A stretch of 64,000 bases of DNA from positions 9,294-73,293 of the forward strand of contig JAEHHG010000001.1 of the NCBI GenBank assembly GCA_019248075.1. The letters run 5' to 3'. A program made the translations under genes and the position numbers. The notes beneath the pieces are model-generated. The model searched no databases, was not told where the DNA came from, and saw only the letters and a list, made by a program, of their open reading frames with translations. Origin of the DNA: Candidatus Gracilibacteria bacterium S5_H10 (GTDB lineage Bacteria > Patescibacteriota > Gracilibacteria > Absconditabacterales > Absconditicoccaceae). Positions 37,413 through 48,287 of this stretch are shown piece by piece (the first letter of the stretch is position 1; each line of letters begins with the position of its first letter).

Positions 37413-37629
37413 AAAAAAACCATATATTTTTATTGTACATATTTATTCAAATGTCAACCATAAATACTTAGACCCTACCACAAAAACACGAATAATACCA
37501 GTTCTTAAGTACAATATATATTTATTACAAAAACAAGCTTTTTTCATCAATAATCTCTTGAAATACAGTTCCTATATGATAATATCTTTGTTGTACACAG
37601 TACTTTTTTATTTAGTAATTATTTGTACA

Positions 37630-37911
37630 ATGACTAAAACTGCTCTTATTGCAAGTCTAGCTGATCAATTAGGTGTTTCTAAAAAATTAGCTTCTGAATT
37701 AGTTAACTCTTTCATCGACACTGTTATTGCTGGTGTTAAAAAAACTGGTGAAGTTAGAGTTCAAGGTTTCGGAACTTTCAAAGCTTCAAAAAGAAAAGCT
37801 AGAGAAGGTGTTAATCCACAAAACCCAAGTCAAAAAATCAAGATTCCTGCTATGAAAGTAGTTACTTTCAAAGCTGGTTCTGAATTTAAAGGTGCTATCA
37901 AAAAATCTTAG
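37630..37911 (+). CDS. hup: DNA-binding protein HU
   Basis: MTKTALIASLADQLGVSKK...GFGTFKASKRKAREGVNPQNP..IKIPAMKVVTFKAG. Confidence 0.9.
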   Translation: MTKTALIASLADQLGVSKKLASELVNSFIDTVIAGVKKTGEVRVQGFGTFKASKRKAREGVNPQNPSQKIKIPAMKVVTFKAGSEFKGAIKKS

Positions 37912-37933
37912 TCTACACTATACGTAGTACTAC

Positions 37934-37961
37934 AAAAAAACCTGCTTCGGCAGGTTTTTTT
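37934..37961 (+). terminator. rho-independent terminator
   Basis: acctgc-ttcg-gcaggt followed by T7. Confidence 0.8.
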
Positions 37962-38037
37962 ATTATGTATTTTCTTTTGATTTTTCCTACTAAACTACTA
38001 TATATACTATTGTTTCTACATTTTACATTCTCTATTT

Positions 38038-38437
38038 ATGATTATGATCTGATATATTATTTTATCTGCATTAGCTGGCGGACTTATAGGATACTTTATT
38101 TTTTATCTCAGATATCAACATAAAGATACCGTAAATCAACTAAGATCTAATCTCAAAGACGCGGGAAAAGAAGTTGAATACCTCAGCAATGAACTTGATG
38201 AATACGTTCAGCAAAATGCATTATTGAAACAAAAAACTACAGAATTATTGGAAAAAAAATGATGATCTCTCTGATGTCGTAGCAGAACTCAGCAAATATT
38301 ATGTCCATCTCAAAAAAGCCGCAGAAAAAACTACAGAATTGAGCAAATATCTCCATACGCCTAATCCTAATATTGAAGAAAAAATGCAGCCTTTTCTAGA
38401 AAAAGCAAAAGAAGAAACTAACAAAACATTTTTCTAA
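38038..38437 (+). pseudogene. TM plus coiled-coil protein interrupted by a +1 frame change in an A8 run
   Basis: The N-terminal frame (ATG 38038) gives a TM helix and a coiled coil up to ELLEKK. After A8 (38252..38259) the sensible coiled-coil continuation NDDLSDVVAELSKYY...KTFF (TAA 38435) lies in the +1 frame. Confidence 0.5.
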
Positions 38438-38451
38438 TCTTACAATTTTTC

Positions 38452-39075
38452 ATGTCCTACAATCAGAAACACATTCTCATCAACGATCCAAAAACCGGTT
38501 ATAATGCCATAGCCGAACAATACGGACAACATCACAAACACCTTGATAGCTTTGACAAAGGTGTTTTTGTGAAATATCTTCCCAAACAGGAAGATATTTC
38601 GCTCATTGATTTATGATCTGGCGACGGTAGATTATATAAATTTCTTACACCATTAAAACCTGTAAAATACGTTGCCTGTGATATCGCCGAAAAACTTTTG
38701 AACAGACATCCCAACAATGCAGGCAGAGTAGAAAAAGTCGTTTGCGATCTAGAGCAGCCGCTCCCCTTCGACGATGAATCCTTCGATCTCGCAACGAGTT
38801 TTTTCGTACTCGAGCATATAGAAGATATAGAGAGTTTATTCAGCGAAGTCTATAGGATATTGAAGATGTGATGAGTATGGATCATTGGACATTTCATCCA
38901 GAGACGTGAATTTATCTGGAAAAAAGATAAAAATCAGTTTAAAATCCAATTTTTCAATCATAGAATCCAAGATCTTGAAAAGATTGCTCATGACTGCTTT
39001 TTTGATATACATCTGATTCCAATTTATGAAAATGCTTCGCTTATCGGACATCTCCTGGTTTGCAAAAAAAGCTAA
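38452..39075 (+). CDS. class I SAM-dependent methyltransferase
   Basis: LIDLGSGDGRL (motif I), ACDIAEKLL, and FDLATSFFVLEHIEDIESLFSEVYRILK. Confidence 0.8.
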
Positions 39076-39146
39076 GACTTGAAAAAACAAGCGTATTGTA
39101 TAAGGTGATAAGGAATTATCGCTTTTTTATATTTACAAAATAAATA

Positions 39147-40715
39147 ATGAAAAAATTTCTAATCACAACGCCTATCTATTATCCTAATGGCTATCCACAC
39201 ATCGGACACGCATATAGCTCGTTCATCGCTGATTTCTATGCGAGATACAAAAGACTTTTTGGATATGACGTAAAATTTTCTACCGGTAACGATGAAAACA
39301 GCCAAAAGATCGTCCAACAAGCGGAATCTGAAGGGAAAGATGTTATGGAATATCTCAATGCGATGGGCAAAAAACGAGAAGATGTCCGACAGCACCTCCA
39401 GATTTCCTATACTGATTTCATTAGGACTACTCAAGAAAACCATAAAAAGTTAGTCCAAGAAATGCTTCAGAAGTCTTATAATCACTGAGATATCTATGAA
39501 GGAGAATATAAGGGATATTATTGTATAGGATGCGAAGGATTCAAGACAGAAAAAGATTTGATCCCAAAAGATTGAGAAATGGTCTGTCCTGATCACCTCA
39601 AAAAGCCTGATCTCATCACCGAAAAGAATCGATTTTTCAAACTTTCAAAATATGAAAATCAGATAAAAAAATTCTATACTGATCATCCAGAATTTCTCGT
39701 ACCGGAGTATAGATACAATGAAATAAAATCCTTCGTCAACGGAGGTCTGATAGATTTCTCCGTCTCTAGGGAAACTAATAAATTTTGAATACCCTTACCT
39801 TTTGACCCAAGCCAAGTGACCTATGTACGATATGATGCTTTATTCAATTATGTAACTGCAAGCAAAGACGCATGATTCCGAAATGAAGACACTGAAATCG
39901 TCCATGTTCTTGGGAAAGATATCGTAAAATTTCATGGAATATTCTGGCCAGCTATGCTGATGAGCGTACAAGAAAAGTTGCCAAACAAAGAATTCATTAC
40001 TGGGTTTTTTACCGTCGACGGACAAAAGATGAGCAAATCGCTCGGCAATGTCATTGATCCCGTAAAAGTCGTAGATGACTATGATAGGGATGCTGTTATT
40101 TTCAATCTTCTCTACGATGTACCTATCGGCGCTGATGGAGATTTTTCTGTAGAGAGATTATGACATCTGTATGAAAGTATGCTCATCGGATGATGGGGAA
40201 ACCTGGTCAATAGAGTAACGAGCCTTTGCAAAAAATACGGAATCACTAGTGGAAAATTCAACAAGCAAAAATGGGAGACATTCAAAGAAGATAACGAAAG
40301 CAAGCTCCTTCATTACTTTGAAGAATGACGAGACAATGCGAAAATAGAAGAGCAATATCTTAGAAAAGCGGAGATCAAATCCTATCTCGACGACCGATAT
40401 CAATTAGTCCAAAGAGCCAACGAATATATCACGAGAGCTGAACCACGAGCTAAGTATAAAAATGATGATACGAAGAATGAAGCCATTGCTGATCTCCAAT
40501 TTCTCTTGTATATAGTCAAAAATATCGCTTTGATTTCCGCACCTATCCTCATCAATGGATTCAAAAAAATCCAAGATATTTTTGGTAACGAGGAATTTGG
40601 CAAAATCGATTCCAGCAAGAACGGCAACGAACATCAATTCAAATTAGTCTTTGATCAGGAAGATTTCACAGTGAATCTAAATCCTGCGATTATCTACAAA
40701 AAGAAAGAAGAATAA
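39147..40715 (+). CDS. metG: methionine--tRNA ligase
   Basis: TPIYYPNGYPHIGHAYS (HIGH), YV(CGA)[14 protein letters not shown] (KMSKS), and EP(CGA)AK in the anticodon-binding domain. Confidence 0.95.
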
Positions 40716-40736
40716 TTTTATTGAAATAATTATAGA

Positions 40737-40763
40737 AAGGCGATCTTTTGGTCGCTTTTTTTA
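40737..40763 (+). terminator. rho-independent terminator
   Basis: ggcgatc-tttt-ggtcgc followed by T7. Confidence 0.7.
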
Positions 40764-40898
40764 TAATACCGCATAGCTTTCTCTCCTATAATATTTCTCA
40801 GTATTTTTATTACATACAGATATTATTGCTATATCTATTTTTTTATGTATAGTAATTTATAGAAATTATTACTACATTTATTTTTTATTTGTAAAACC

Positions 40899-41297
40899 AT
40901 GGCTTTAGAAAAACAAGAACATATTGCCATAACTAACAAACCTGAATTTATACATATCATAGATAGATGCATAAAGAGTCTCGAACAAAATTTTAATTCA
41001 ACAGACTCTGAAACAGCTCGCGATATACTTATTTCAAGAATGATCAATGATATCAGATTAGGAAATACTGACGTCATGATTAGGTTGTCTGCGCTAAATA
41101 CTATATTTGAGCATAGACACTTATTCAAAAATCCCAATTCCGATCTTGTTCATATACAATACGCATATGAAGATCTTTTAAAAGAAACTACAGATGAAGC
41201 AATTAGCAAACAGATAAAAACAAACTTAAACATTTTGAAAAATGAACTCGTCACTTCCTATTTTGACCATTGGGATAGTGACCATTGGGATAGCTAA
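40899..41297 (+). CDS. hypothetical protein (132 aa)
   Basis: Intact ORF. The C-terminus ends in a perfect 15-nt tandem duplication encoding DHWDS-DHWDS. Confidence 0.45.
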   Translation: MALEKQEHIAITNKPEFIHIIDRCIKSLEQNFNSTDSETARDILISRMINDIRLGNTDVMIRLSALNTIFEHRHLFKNPNSDLVHIQYAYEDLLKETTDEAISKQIKTNLNILKNELVTSYFDHWDSDHWDS

Positions 41298-41323
41298 TAT
41301 TTTAAAGTGAAACTACCCTATCT

Positions 41324-42292
41324 TTACAATACTGCATTAAAGAAATATCATAATATCATTATCGCCAAGCCCACCACTCCAAAGAAAATGAGTAATAATT
41401 TTGTCTTCATGACTTTTTTGAGAATAAGAAATTCTGGCATAGATAAGCCAACGACGGCCATCATAAATGCTAGTCATGTGCCTAGCGGAATTCATTTTGC
41501 GATTAATGCTTGGACGATAGGAATTACGCTGGTGGCATTGGCGTACATAGGAATTCCAACTATCACGGCGATAGGGACCGCGAATGGATTGTTTTTGGTG
41601 ATGTATGCTTCAAAGAATCCCGTAGGGACGAAGCCGTGAATAGCTGCACCCACCGCCACTCAGAGCAACACATAGGGAGTGACTTTTTTGGTAATGCTCC
41701 ACGCTTCTCTGATAACTTCTTTGATTCTCTGTGAAAACAACATTTTTTTCTGGATTATTTCAACGGATATACTTGCTCTTTTGGCTTGGATAAAATCCGC
41801 GAGATATCTTTCCAATTTGAGTTTTCCGAGAAATCGTCAACCAACCATTCCCATAACTATACCACTAATCATATAGATTGCAGTGACTTTGATTCAGAAA
41901 ATTCAGAGAAACATCGCTATAGCTACTTCATTCACTAACGGCGAAGTAATGAGGAAAGCAAAGGTAACACCTAGTGGTATTCATGCTTTGAGAAACCCTA
42001 CGAATAACGGAATCGATGAACAAGTACAGAAAGGAGTGACTGCTCCGAACATGGATGCGAAAAAATATTCCAGTCAGAATAATTTATTTCTGGCTAAGAA
42101 GTTTCTGATTTTCTCTATCGGTAGATACGAGTTTAAAAGTGTCATCAGAAATGTAATCACCAGCAAGAGCAAAATAATCTTGATACTGTCATAGAGGAAA
42201 AAATTGAGCGCTTGGGCCAATTGCGTCGTAGCGTCGAGGTTGAGTACCGTGTAGGTAAACCAGTTGGTGATAGTTTCTATTCGTGTAAACAT
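41324..42292 (-). CDS. COG0701/ArsP-like permease with a CxC motif
   Basis: [43 protein letters not shown]; about 8 TM segments; the plus-strand track ORFs in this region are shadows. Confidence 0.75.
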
Positions 42293-42316
42293 TTTTGGTG
42301 TAAAGTAAAATTAGTA

Positions 42317-42353
42317 TGGATTCCGGCTGCATTTCCTTGGCGCCGGAATGAGG
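42317..42353. repeat. family-1 palindromic repeat
   Basis: tggattccggctgcatttccttggcgccggaatgagg is nearly identical to 13803..13840. Confidence 0.65.
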
Positions 42354-42363
42354 CCAAGACGAA

Positions 42364-42675
42364 TTAGTGGCATCATCCACAGCATCCGCCATCGTCTCCA
42401 CATCCTCAGTCACCACAGCACTGGTGACCTTCATGAGCAGAAATATCTTGTAAGATTTCTAGCATTTCATCTGGCTCTGGAGATCATCATGCAAGTACCA
42501 ACATATCATCGATAATCAATGCAGGCAAAGTCATAATATCGTATTCAGCGATTTCTTTTATATCTTCTATTTTTTCAATTTCGTATTCTAGCTCCAATGT
42601 TTTGGCAGCGTTTTCTACTGTTGTGTAGAGAAGTTTACATTTTGGGCATCATGTGCCCAGAATCTTTATAAGCAT
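42364..42675 (-). CDS. thioredoxin-fold small protein (redox-active disulfide protein 2-like) with a Cys/Gly-rich tail
   Basis: MLIKILGTGCPKCKLL...TLPALIIDD; the tail reads HQCCGDGGCGDDGGCCGGCH and includes UGA-as-Gly codons. Confidence 0.7.
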
Positions 42676-42698
42676 AACAAATAATTACGAATTAAAAA

Positions 42699-43919
42699 TT
42701 ATGAATTAACAATACTTTCCCTTTTTTTAGTATTTACAAATCTGAACATGATCATAATAATCACGCCGATAGCGAATGCAAACAAGAAAGTTGCCTGAGG
42801 AGAAATTTTATCTCGAAGCATTCAGAGAATATATCATCCAGGTAATGAAACTATTCAAATCGCTGTATGAAAAACGCCCAAAGCTGTTCCTTTATGCTCC
42901 CCTGCTAAATCTACGACCATTGCCCTTTCTGTTCCATCTATGATAGCAAACACGATGCCAAAAAGCACAAAAAAGAATATTACTCGTCCTATTTGTGTCA
43001 TCAATGCCAGTCATAAAGTAACCACCAAAAACAAACTATATGCTATCCAGAGTATTTTTTTTCTTCCTATACGATCAGACAATATTCCTAGAGGCGCTGA
43101 CGCAATCGTATATATCCCGTAGAATAAGACATAAAATAATATTGATCTTTCATCACTTGCGCCGACGCTTTTGGCTTTCAACAACATAAATGCATACCCA
43201 AAATTCACGAGTCCAAATAATGCTGCGACTACGATGAAGAGTTTGAGATTTTTTGGTAGCAATTTGATTGCTTTGTCCAATGATGGTATCTCTACTTTTG
43301 GTTTTACCTGCACATGTTGCCAATGATTTTCCTTTTTCATCGTCTTCGCTTCTTTCACAAACAAGATAGCCAATACCGCTATAAGTCCTGGTATAAACGC
43401 GAAGATAAATAGTTTTTCATATCACAAATATGGAAACAACACCAACGCTAACACTGCACCCAATACTGATCCTGTCCCGTCCATCGCCCTCTGGATACCG
43501 TAGGCTTTCCCCATATATTCCGGGGCGGTAGAATCTGCTACTAATGCATCTCTCGGTGCATCTCTCAATCATTTCCCTATTCTTTCGATCACTCTAAACA
43601 CGAGCACCACTGGCCATGTATGCGCCAAAGCAAACAATGGTTTAGTTATTGTAGAAAAACCATAGCCAATCAAAATAAATATTTTTCTTTTATGAAATTT
43701 ATCTGACAAATATCACGAAAATACTTTCAACAATGCAGCTGTCGTATCCGCTGCTCCTTCTACGATTCCTATCACCGTCGCTCATGAACCCAAACTCACC
43801 AAAAATAATGGTATCAAAGGGAACACCATCTGCGAACTCAAGTCCGTAAGTAATGAAACCAGACCAAGCAAAAGAACATTTCTAGAAATTCATTTGAGAA
43901 AGTATTTGAGATTTTTCAT
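42699..43919 (-). CDS. MFS transporter
   Basis: About 12 TM segments, with GYLSDKFHKRK and LSDRIGRKK (MFS motif A in both halves). Confidence 0.85.
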
Positions 43920-43937
43920 AGACACGACTCACAACTA

Positions 43938-44546
43938 TTAAAAAAGTTTTATATATTTCTTCTCTATAAGCTTCAGCACAAAATATACTATAAAGATAAT
44001 ATAATGTTGAGCATATTCTCAGAAATTTAGGAACGCAAGATGAAGTAACGCGAATATCAAAGCGATATACGCAGTGTATTGAATCAGTTTTCGATTTTTT
44101 TTGAAGAGTCTGATAGAATAATTATTGGACGTTATGTAGCCGACAAAGAGCATAAGCAATCCTATATATCCTGCTAGCAATCGAAATGTTTGCAATTGTG
44201 TCCGTAGTGAAAAATCTATTTGCATCCATTGGATAATTCGAAGTCCTGCATGTACCGCTATGATAAGAAAACTCGTAATTCCTAGTTGTCTCCTCCACTT
44301 CATTCCTCGTCTGGAAATAGTGTAGAGTATATTGAAAAATATTTTTACTATTCCGCTTCTCTTACGTGCAAGATATTTTGTCATAATCATAAATACTGGT
44401 TTTACCAACAATGTCACCCGAAGAAATGCTATCCCGATATTCGCCGTCAATCTGGGCAATTCGTGCAAGAAAAAATCATTGGGCATCACTACCGATAATA
44501 CAAGTACAGCGATAGATAGTAAAGTAATAATAATGTAATAGAGCAT
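43938..44546 (-). CDS. ferric-reductase-like transmembrane protein (YedZ/MsrQ-like)
   Basis: Six TM helices with paired His residues (IIAVHAGL, FALLHLAF). Track ORF 44019 extends through a UGA to TAA 43938. Confidence 0.45.
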
Positions 44547-44574
44547 CTGACTATTTTACATAATCATATAAAAC

Positions 44575-45828
44575 TTATATCACAGATATTTCATTTTTCC
44601 ATATATCAGATAATTGTTCCGCATTTCTAATTGTTACAAGAGATCAATCCTCTCTCACCAATATTTCTGCGATTACAGGATATGAATTATAGTTGCGAGC
44701 AGACATGCTAGCACAATATGCACCTGTTCATTCTACGACCAATATATCAGCTATTTCAGCTTTGTTAAGAAGTCTCGGACAAATTTCTTCTGAATTTCCT
44801 GGAGCAGGAGTTAAAATATCTCAACTTTCACAACAAGGACCTACAACAACATATTCCTGAGTTGCTGTTTGATCGTTTACTACAATGATTGGATGTTGTG
44901 CTCCGTATAATGTCGGTCTCAAAATATCTGGCATACCGATATCTGCTTTGATAAAATGATTTCACTGGTTTCCGGTATCTACTATATCTTCTATACATCC
45001 TACTATTGCTCCTGCATTTGCTACTAAATAACTTCCTGGCTCGATTTCTAGATGTAATTTTCTTCCTGTTTTTTCAAAAAATTGCTGAAAAGCGGTTTTT
45101 ACTTCAGCGCCAATGTCTTGTAAATCTGTAGCTTTTTCGTCTTGCATTCTCGCAACTTTAAAACCACCACCAAGATTTACTGTTGTCACATCAGGAAACT
45201 GTTCCACAAAAGATAAACTCTGCTGCGCTATTTCTTTCCAGACTTTTGGATCTGATCCTGATCCTATATGTATGTGTATTTTTTCTATGACAAGCGAATA
45301 TTTTTTAACGATTTCATGAACCTGATCTACATATTCATATCGGATTCAAAAACTAGAAGTCACTCATCACGTAGATGTTCTCTTCGTTCATCATGATCAT
45401 TTTCCTGGATTTATTCTAATAGAAAGATTGGTGTTTGGGTATTTTTTTCCATATTCTTCAAGCTGATATATACTTGTCGCATTATAGTGTATACCCAATT
45501 TCATCAATGGTCACAATTCATAACGAATTTCTTGTGTAGTAAGTTGTATTTTTTTAGGATCGATATTAGCGTTTTCCATAGCTCTATACACTTCAAAACT
45601 ACTGCTAGCATCTATATGGATTCACATTTTATCAAATAGTTTCAGAATATTTACATTGGAATTTGCTTTCATAGCATACCTTACCGTCAAGCCAAATGCA
45701 TGAGGAAAATTGAGACAATCTCTCGCCTTTTCTTTCAATATTTTTTCAGAATATACATATACAGGCAAAACATAGTTTTGTTTTATCGTATCAATTTGTT
45801 CTCTTGTCAAAAATTTTAATGTCTCCAT
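44575..45828 (-). CDS. PLP-dependent Orn/DAP/Arg decarboxylase family enzyme (LysA-like)
   Basis: TVRYAMKANSN (PLP Lys), HIHIGSGS, EPGSYLVANAG, GPCCESGD, and SSFGI(CGA). Confidence 0.8.
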
Positions 45829-45848
45829 ATATAAGTAACAAACAAATA

Positions 45849-47279
45849 TTAAAGTTTACTTATTTCATAGCTATCCTTAGTATCTTTTACCTGGAATCAT
45901 AATTCAGTAATCTTACTCCTCAATTCATCAGCCAACGCAAAATCTTTACTTTTCTTCGCTTCAACCCTCTGGTCTGCAAATGCTATAACTTCAGCTGGGA
46001 TATCAAACTTTTCTTCTACGATAGTTTCGAACAATCAGAGTTTTAGGAAATTATCTTCCAACCAAGTGATGATCGCATAGGTAGTTTCGGTTGCTGTATT
46101 CAATGCTCATTGTACCGCTGCTAATAATTTAGGTGTATTCATATTGTCGCAGATGGCTTCCATGATTTGTTGAAACAATGGATCAGATTCAAAATCTTTT
46201 TTATCTTGTATCGTCTTTTTTCATTGAAGTTTTTTTATTAAGGAATGTCTGGTATTTTTGGCAGCTTCTAATTGATCCCAAGTAAAGTTTTGGAAGTTTG
46301 AATATTGGGCCATGAAGTAGAAATATCTGAGATCGAGTGGAGAAAATCCTTTAGCTTCTATGTCTTTCAAGTTGTAAACGTTACCCAATGACTTGCTCAT
46401 TTTTCCGCCATCTACCTGCAAGAACTCATTGTGAATCCGATATTTTACTCGAGGATGAACGTCGAAACCACACTCAGATTGTGCTATTTCGTTGGGATGA
46501 TGAATCGTGATATGATCCGCTCCTCCATGATGAATATCAAACTGGTGTCATAAATATTTAGATGACATTGCACTACACTCTATATGCCAACCAGGAAATC
46601 CTCTTCCCCATGGCGAGTCTCGCTCCATCTGTCTCTTTTCGTTTTCGGGAGCAAATTTTCGTAAAGCGAAATCAGTCGGATGTTTTTTTCCTCCCATCTC
46701 CACTCTTTCTCCTGCGTTCAGATCCGCCAAACGTTTTTTGTAATTTGGTCACATAAGCTCTCCATAATTTTCTACTTTGCTCGTGTCCATATAGATTCCA
46801 TCTCATTCGACAGTATAGGTATATCATTTTTCTTCTAACGTTTTGACTAATGCTATCTGTTCCTCAATATGTTCGGTTGCTCTCGGCATCACATTGAATT
46901 CGTCTATATGCAAAAGTTTCATTCCTTCTTTGAAAATTTTCTCATATTTCTGAGCCACTTCTCGAGCGGTAATTCCTTCACGTTTCGCTCACTTTTCCAA
47001 TTTATCTTCTCCATCATCAGCATCTGAAACCAAATGTCCGACATCAGTAATATTCATCACTGCTTGTACGTTGTAGCCAAGAAGTTTTAACGTATTTCTA
47101 ATCAAGTCTGCCGTGAATGTTGCTCTATAATTCCCAATACTAGGATCTCGATAAACGGTCGGTCAGCATGAATACATTCCCACAAAATCTTTTTTAGGAC
47201 CTTTATAATTAGGATCTTCCATCAAGGGAATAAATTCTTCCTTCTGACGAGTGAGTGTGTTGTAGATATATAATTGCAT
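45849..47279 (-). CDS. cysS: cysteine--tRNA ligase
   Basis: [21 protein letters not shown](CGG)IHNEFL, and [10 protein letters not shown]. Confidence 0.95.
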
Positions 47280-47334
47280 TCAAAATATACAAAAAAATAA
47301 AGTCTTATATAGTAGTAATAAAGCTGAGAGTAAT

Positions 47335-47460
47335 TTCAAATGAAATATGCCGCAGTACTGCGGCATAATTTCGACCTTATGAAAAAACCTCGATACTTCG
47401 GTTTTTCATTGGGTCTCAATTTAAAAAAGAGGCGAAGAAAACTTCGCCTCCGTAATGTAA
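47335..47460. repeat. family-2 hairpin repeat (copy R2), including a minus-strand terminator
   Basis: A 20-bp perfect palindrome atgccgcagtactgcggcat; atttcgacc; and gaggcgaag-aaaa-cttcgcctc followed by T6 on the minus strand (47422..47451). Confidence 0.55.
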
Positions 47461-47468
47461 TAATGTTT

Positions 47469-48101
47469 TTACTGGCCCCAACCAAAGTTCATAAAACCAT
47501 TTCGTTTGTACTTGGCTTTGTGATTAGGATTTTGAGCAAACTTTAGGAAATATTCCACAAGCCTGTCGTAATACTGCCAGAAATAATCTGGATCCTCATC
47601 AGGATTGAAAACAAAAAGATGTATGATTTCATCTTCAATCCATGGAATCCTTTCTCCGGATGCCCAATCAATACCACCATTCACAACAGATTCACAATAA
47701 TTATGAAGCCGTTGCAAAGCTTTTTCTGAATAATCGGGACAAACTCTGTACAATTCAGCATTAACACCAACATCGATACGTACCCAAACAGTCTTCTGAT
47801 GTCGTGGAGAATGTTCTCTCCAGTATTCATCATAGGTACCTACAACCTGATCAATGGCGCCCGGCAATTCTTCTTGTAATACAAGCATGACTTCGTTCGC
47901 CCAATATCTGGCTAAGGAATCATACGATGATGGATCATTGGTTGATCGGTCAGCATCAATTCGATTCTCAGCTTCCACAATTTTGTTTCCGGTATTTTTC
48001 AGTATTTCTACCTTTATATACCGTGGCTGTTCATCATCTGAACAGCTTACAACAATCATCGAAATGATTGCAATCATCAAAAGAAAAGTAATTTTTTTCA
48101 T
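47469..48101 (-). CDS. lipoprotein of foreign appearance (210 aa)
   Basis: Lipobox-like MKKITFLLMIAIISMIVVSCSDDE. It is intact under the standard code, with 10 Gly codons, none of them UGA, and it is visibly richer in G+C than its neighbours. Confidence 0.7.
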   Translation of the reverse strand: MKKITFLLMIAIISMIVVSCSDDEQPRYIKVEILKNTGNKIVEAENRIDADRSTNDPSSYDSLARYWANEVMLVLQEELPGAIDQVVGTYDEYWREHSPRHQKTVWVRIDVGVNAELYRVCPDYSEKALQRLHNYCESVVNGGIDWASGERIPWIEDEIIHLFVFNPDEDPDYFWQYYDRLVEYFLKFAQNPNHKAKYKRNGFMNFGWGQ

Positions 48102-48287
48102 ATGTTTGTTTTTTATTGTGTTTTACTTTTTGGTTTCTACTGACTATCCTACTAATTTTAATAAAAAAGTCAAGTTTAATCTTTAAAAAAACCATTTTTA
48201 CGATATTCATTGATTTTTAGTGGATTTTCTGTGAATTTTCCGTATATCACACGATGAACTATTCATTTTTACTTTAGGTACTACACT

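Noticed and set aside
40899-41297. The UGA-free 132-aa ORF as a further horizontally acquired gene.
   Set aside because: It has only one Gly codon, so the absence of UGA carries no information, and its composition looks like that of the host.
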